46,753 nt of DNA, taken from Myxococcota bacterium (GTDB lineage: Bacteria > Myxococcota_A > UBA796 > GCA-2862545). A program made the position numbers and the translations under genes. The DNA is taken from contig JBCCQY010000059.1 of assembly GCA_039208735.1 (NCBI GenBank), positions 1-46,753 on the forward strand, given 5' to 3'. Each line of letters starts with the position of its first letter. The first letter of the stretch is position 1. Under the pieces are notes generated by a model, which was given only the letters and a program-made list of their open reading frames with translations, did not search any database and had not been told where the DNA came from. Below, piece after piece: positions 43,971-46,753 of the stretch.

Positions 43971-45587
43971 TCAGGGTCGCTTCTTCCGCTGCTTCTTCTT
44001 CTGCGCCATGGCGACGTACGTGGTGAGGTTCGGGATGTCCGGACGCAGCTGCTGCGCATGAAGAAGGTCTTCAAGCGCATCATTGTAGTTCTTCCGGTAG
44101 TAATGGCTGATGCCCCGTCGGCAGAACGCCATGGCGTGCTCGGGGTCCATTTCAAGGGCCGCGTTGAAATACTCGATGGCCCGCCGGTAGTCCTTGCGCG
44201 CGAAGTAGAGGTCGCCAATCGCCACTTGGGGCTCGGGATTGTCCTGAGCGATCTCCTCGGCCACCATGAAGTCGCTCATCGCACGGCTATAATCTCCCAA
44301 ATCGAGGAACACCCGCCCTCGCGAGACGTGAGCTTCGACATGGTCGGGGTCTGCGTCGATGACATCCGAGAAAAGGTCGGCTGCAGCTGCCAAATCGCCA
44401 CCGGAAAGTGCATTTCGCGCCTCGAGCACGAGGGATGCGACCTCCTCGGGTGAAGCGCCGGGATCGGCTTCGGGCTCTTCGTCAGGAAGATCTTGGAGTT
44501 CCGAGAGAAGCTCGAGGTCCTCTTCGTCTTCGACGTAGGCGGCTTCAGCCTCGTAGTCCTGCTCTTGGAGCGTCACCGAGAAGCCGCCTCCTGCGTGCTC
44601 CACGAATTCGTCGTCGTCTTCCGCAGCTCCGATTTCGATGGGCTCGACATCGTCGTCGAGACCCACCACTCGGCCGCCCACGCCGCTGGTGTTGAGCTGG
44701 ACCGCGGCCGCACGGGGCCGCGTGCTCGACCCACGAACGGTGGGCACTGACGCTCCTCCGTAGAGCCCACTGGTGACTCGAGCCGGCGACGGGGGGGGTG
44801 GAGGCGGAGCGGGGGTCGGGGTTTGACGCCGGGTAGAGTTCGGCGTGGCCTCGCGCGGATCGCCGACGACCGTGGCGCTGTCATCCCCGAACAGCTTTTC
44901 CTCATCGGGGTCGAACACCCCCAAATCCTCGCCGATGGCGGGCGGACCTTCGTCGATCGTGAGCCGGCCTGACAACGAAGGGGTGCGCGCATCCGGACCG
45001 CGCCCCCACCGCGATTGAGGGCCCGACCCGGCCCGGGCCAAGGGCTGCGATGGGGTCGCTCGTCGAGAGGGAGGAACCGGACGATTGCGGGTCGACGTCG
45101 TCGGTCCACTCCGGCGGGTTGGCGCGCTGCCGGTCGACCGAGCCGCGGCGCGGACCGGCTGGGCGCCGATGACCGTCAGGTCTTCGTCCTCATCGTCGTA
45201 CGACAGGAAGTTGGGCTTCGAGTCGTTGGGTGCATCATCGAAGCTGACAAGTCCGGAGGAACGACGCGCAGCTGCCCGACCCGCGGGCGGCGGTTCGCGA
45301 CGACCTGCAGGCGCGCTACTGGCCCGCCCGGCAGGGGCATTGGTGCGCCGTGTACGGTCCGGTCGGACCGACGTGCTCTGAGAACCAGCCCCTGGACCCC
45401 GCTTGAGGCGACCCATCTCAATGCCCAACCCTTGGAGGAGTTCGTGGCACTTTTGTTCCGCCCGAGCCTCGGCCCGCCAAACGTTCGGGAATGGCAACGC
45501 CTTGCTGGCCGCGACCCGAAGGTAGGTTTGGGTCGCCTGAAGCTGGGCGATCTGGCGCCGCAGGGCCCGCGTGATGTCGTCACTCAT
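43971..45587 (-). CDS. TPR protein with a long disordered Pro/Arg- and Asp/Glu-rich region
   Basis: About four C-terminal TPRs (AHVSRGRVFLDLGDYSRAM, IGDLYFARKDYRRAIEYF, RRGISHYYRKNY); low-complexity middle; start overlaps the upstream stop (ATGA). Confidence 0.85.
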   Translation of the reverse strand: MSDDITRALRRQIAQLQATQTYLRVAASKALPFPNVWRAEARAEQKCHELLQGLGIEMGRLKRGPGAGSQSTSVRPDRTRRTNAPAGRASSAPAGRREPPPAGRAAARRSSGLVSFDDAPNDSKPNFLSYDDEDEDLTVIGAQPVRAAARSTGSAPTRRSGPTTSTRNRPVPPSRRATPSQPLARAGSGPQSRWGRGPDARTPSLSGRLTIDEGPPAIGEDLGVFDPDEEKLFGDDSATVVGDPREATPNSTRRQTPTPAPPPPPPSPARVTSGLYGGASVPTVRGSSTRPRAAAVQLNTSGVGGRVVGLDDDVEPIEIGAAEDDDEFVEHAGGGFSVTLQEQDYEAEAAYVEDEEDLELLSELQDLPDEEPEADPGASPEEVASLVLEARNALSGGDLAAAADLFSDVIDADPDHVEAHVSRGRVFLDLGDYSRAMSDFMVAEEIAQDNPEPQVAIGDLYFARKDYRRAIEYFNAALEMDPEHAMAFCRRGISHYYRKNYNDALEDLLHAQQLRPDIPNLTTYVAMAQKKKQRKKRP

Positions 45588-45982
45588 GCCAGCTGTCCCT
45601 GAAGTTGCGTCAGATTTTCGATGAGTTCATCGCGCAGCGCGTTGAGTTCGCCGACGCGGCCACGGCACGTTTCGAGCCGAGCCATGAAGGCCTTCGCTTC
45701 CCCCGGTGGCTTCCGTTGCAGATCGGGAAGCTGTTGTTCCAAACGAACGCGCAAACCCGACTGCCGCCGAAGTTCCTCTTCGGTCACCAACAGCTGCCGA
45801 CTCACCTCTTCGGTCGCCCGAACGAATCCAAGTAGATCCCCCACCCGGGCTTCCAGTTCAGGGTTCGTGGCGACCTGCCGCTGGGAGTGCACGGCCTGAA
45901 AAAGGTCGTCGAGCTGACGCTCCAGAGTCCGTTGGAGCTGGCGCTGGATGGCGTCCAGTCGCTCGGAGGGTGCCGTGCTCAT
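45584..45982 (-). CDS. Hypothetical coiled-coil protein (132 aa)
   Basis: Heptad-rich Q/E/L/R sequence from MSTAPSERL; GGAG upstream; coupled to the TPR gene. Confidence 0.65.
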   Translation of the reverse strand: MSTAPSERLDAIQRQLQRTLERQLDDLFQAVHSQRQVATNPELEARVGDLLGFVRATEEVSRQLLVTEEELRRQSGLRVRLEQQLPDLQRKPPGEAKAFMARLETCRGRVGELNALRDELIENLTQLQGQLA

Positions 45983-46058
45983 TGGGGATGCTCCACGTCC
46001 GCGCAGGAGGTTCGGTAACCAAGGCGTCGAACCCACGCCAAAGCGGCCCCCTCGGAAC

Positions 46059-46753
46059 TCAGCTCGATCGGATGTCGTGGCGCTTGAGCATCCGGGCAAT
46101 GGTCTTTCGGTCGACCCCCGCACTTCGGGCGGCTCGCGACACGTTGCCCTCGCACCGTTGCAACAGATCTTCGAGGTAACGCCGTTCAAAAGCGTCGATG
46201 ATCTGTTCTTTGGCCTCTTTGAGCGACAGGCTCGCGCTGGGTAACGGTACGGCCGGAGCCCCCTCTGGCTCGATAGCCTTGGCGGACGCCGATGCATCGG
46301 TACGCAGCGAATCGGGCAACGCCTGAAGGTCGATGAGATCGCCGTCACAAAACGGAATCGCGCGCAGGAGCGTGTTCCGTAGTTCACGGACGTTGCCCGG
46401 CCAGTGGTACTGGTCAAACAACTGCAGCACATCGGGGGTCACGCCCTTCACACTGTGCTCGAAGCTTGCCGTGTTGAGGAGATGCTCGATGAGCAGAGGC
46501 AGATCCTCGGTCCGATCTCGCAGCGCAGGCAGGGGCACTTCGACGACGGCCAAGCGATAGTAGAGGTCTTCGCGGAATTGACCTTCGGCCACTCGCTGCT
46601 GAAGGTTCCGGTTCGTCGCCGCCACCACACGAACGTCGACACTCCGCACCCGACGGTCACCGATGCGCTTGACCTCGCGTTGTTCGAGCACTCGCAACAG
46701 TGCGGGCTGCAGGTCGAGGGGGAGTTCGCCCAGCTCGTCGAGGAAGATCGTGC
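46059..46753 (-). CDS. Sigma54-dependent transcriptional activator (3' part; truncated by the window edge)
   Basis: [53 protein letters not shown] and a Fis-type [11 protein letters not shown]. Confidence 0.93.
   Translation of the reverse strand, partial: TIFLDELGELPLDLQPALLRVLEQREVKRIGDRRVRSVDVRVVAATNRNLQQRVAEGQFREDLYYRLAVVEVPLPALRDRTEDLPLLIEHLLNTASFEHSVKGVTPDVLQLFDQYHWPGNVRELRNTLLRAIPFCDGDLIDLQALPDSLRTDASASAKAIEPEGAPAVPLPSASLSLKEAKEQIIDAFERRYLEDLLQRCEGNVSRAARSAGVDRKTIARMLKRHDIRSS

Noticed and set aside
46020..46045. GGCGTGGGTTCGACGCC (minus strand) resembling a tRNA T-arm
   Set aside because: No acceptor, D or anticodon arms can be built; it is only a small intergenic hairpin.

Overview
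GC-rich chromosomal window, most likely from a Myxococcota bacterium. This is inferred from a MYXO-CTERM-type C-terminus, Asp/Cys metal-binding repeats, a kinase-FGE/sulfatase fusion and two sigma54 activators. About 35 protein genes were found, and no rRNA, tRNA, CRISPR array, transposase or integrase. Recognisable genes include a YpfJ-type metallopeptidase, an RlpA-family protein, a thiolase plus FadJ/FadB-type beta-oxidation pair, an HMG-CoA synthase, a CocE/NonD hydrolase, riboflavin synthase and a ~3030-aa surface protein with malectin domains and ~19 Cys/Asp repeats. The best candidate for an undescribed system is a translationally coupled pair, a J-domain (HPD) protein plus an HNH-like nuclease (1754-3054), preceded by a multi-hairpin non-coding element; it may be an anti-phage or toxin-antitoxin module. 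Other leads are an RbfA-like gene with a 10-aa leader peptide and an in-frame TAA, a QueA-like/SDR/RidA cassette under an XRE-cupin regulator, a sigma54 MBL-hydrolase/GAF-activator operon, a subtilase with an internal Tat-lipoprotein signal, and a sigma54 operon containing a TPR protein with a DUF3531-like domain. All family assignments come from motif recognition by eye, without database searches.
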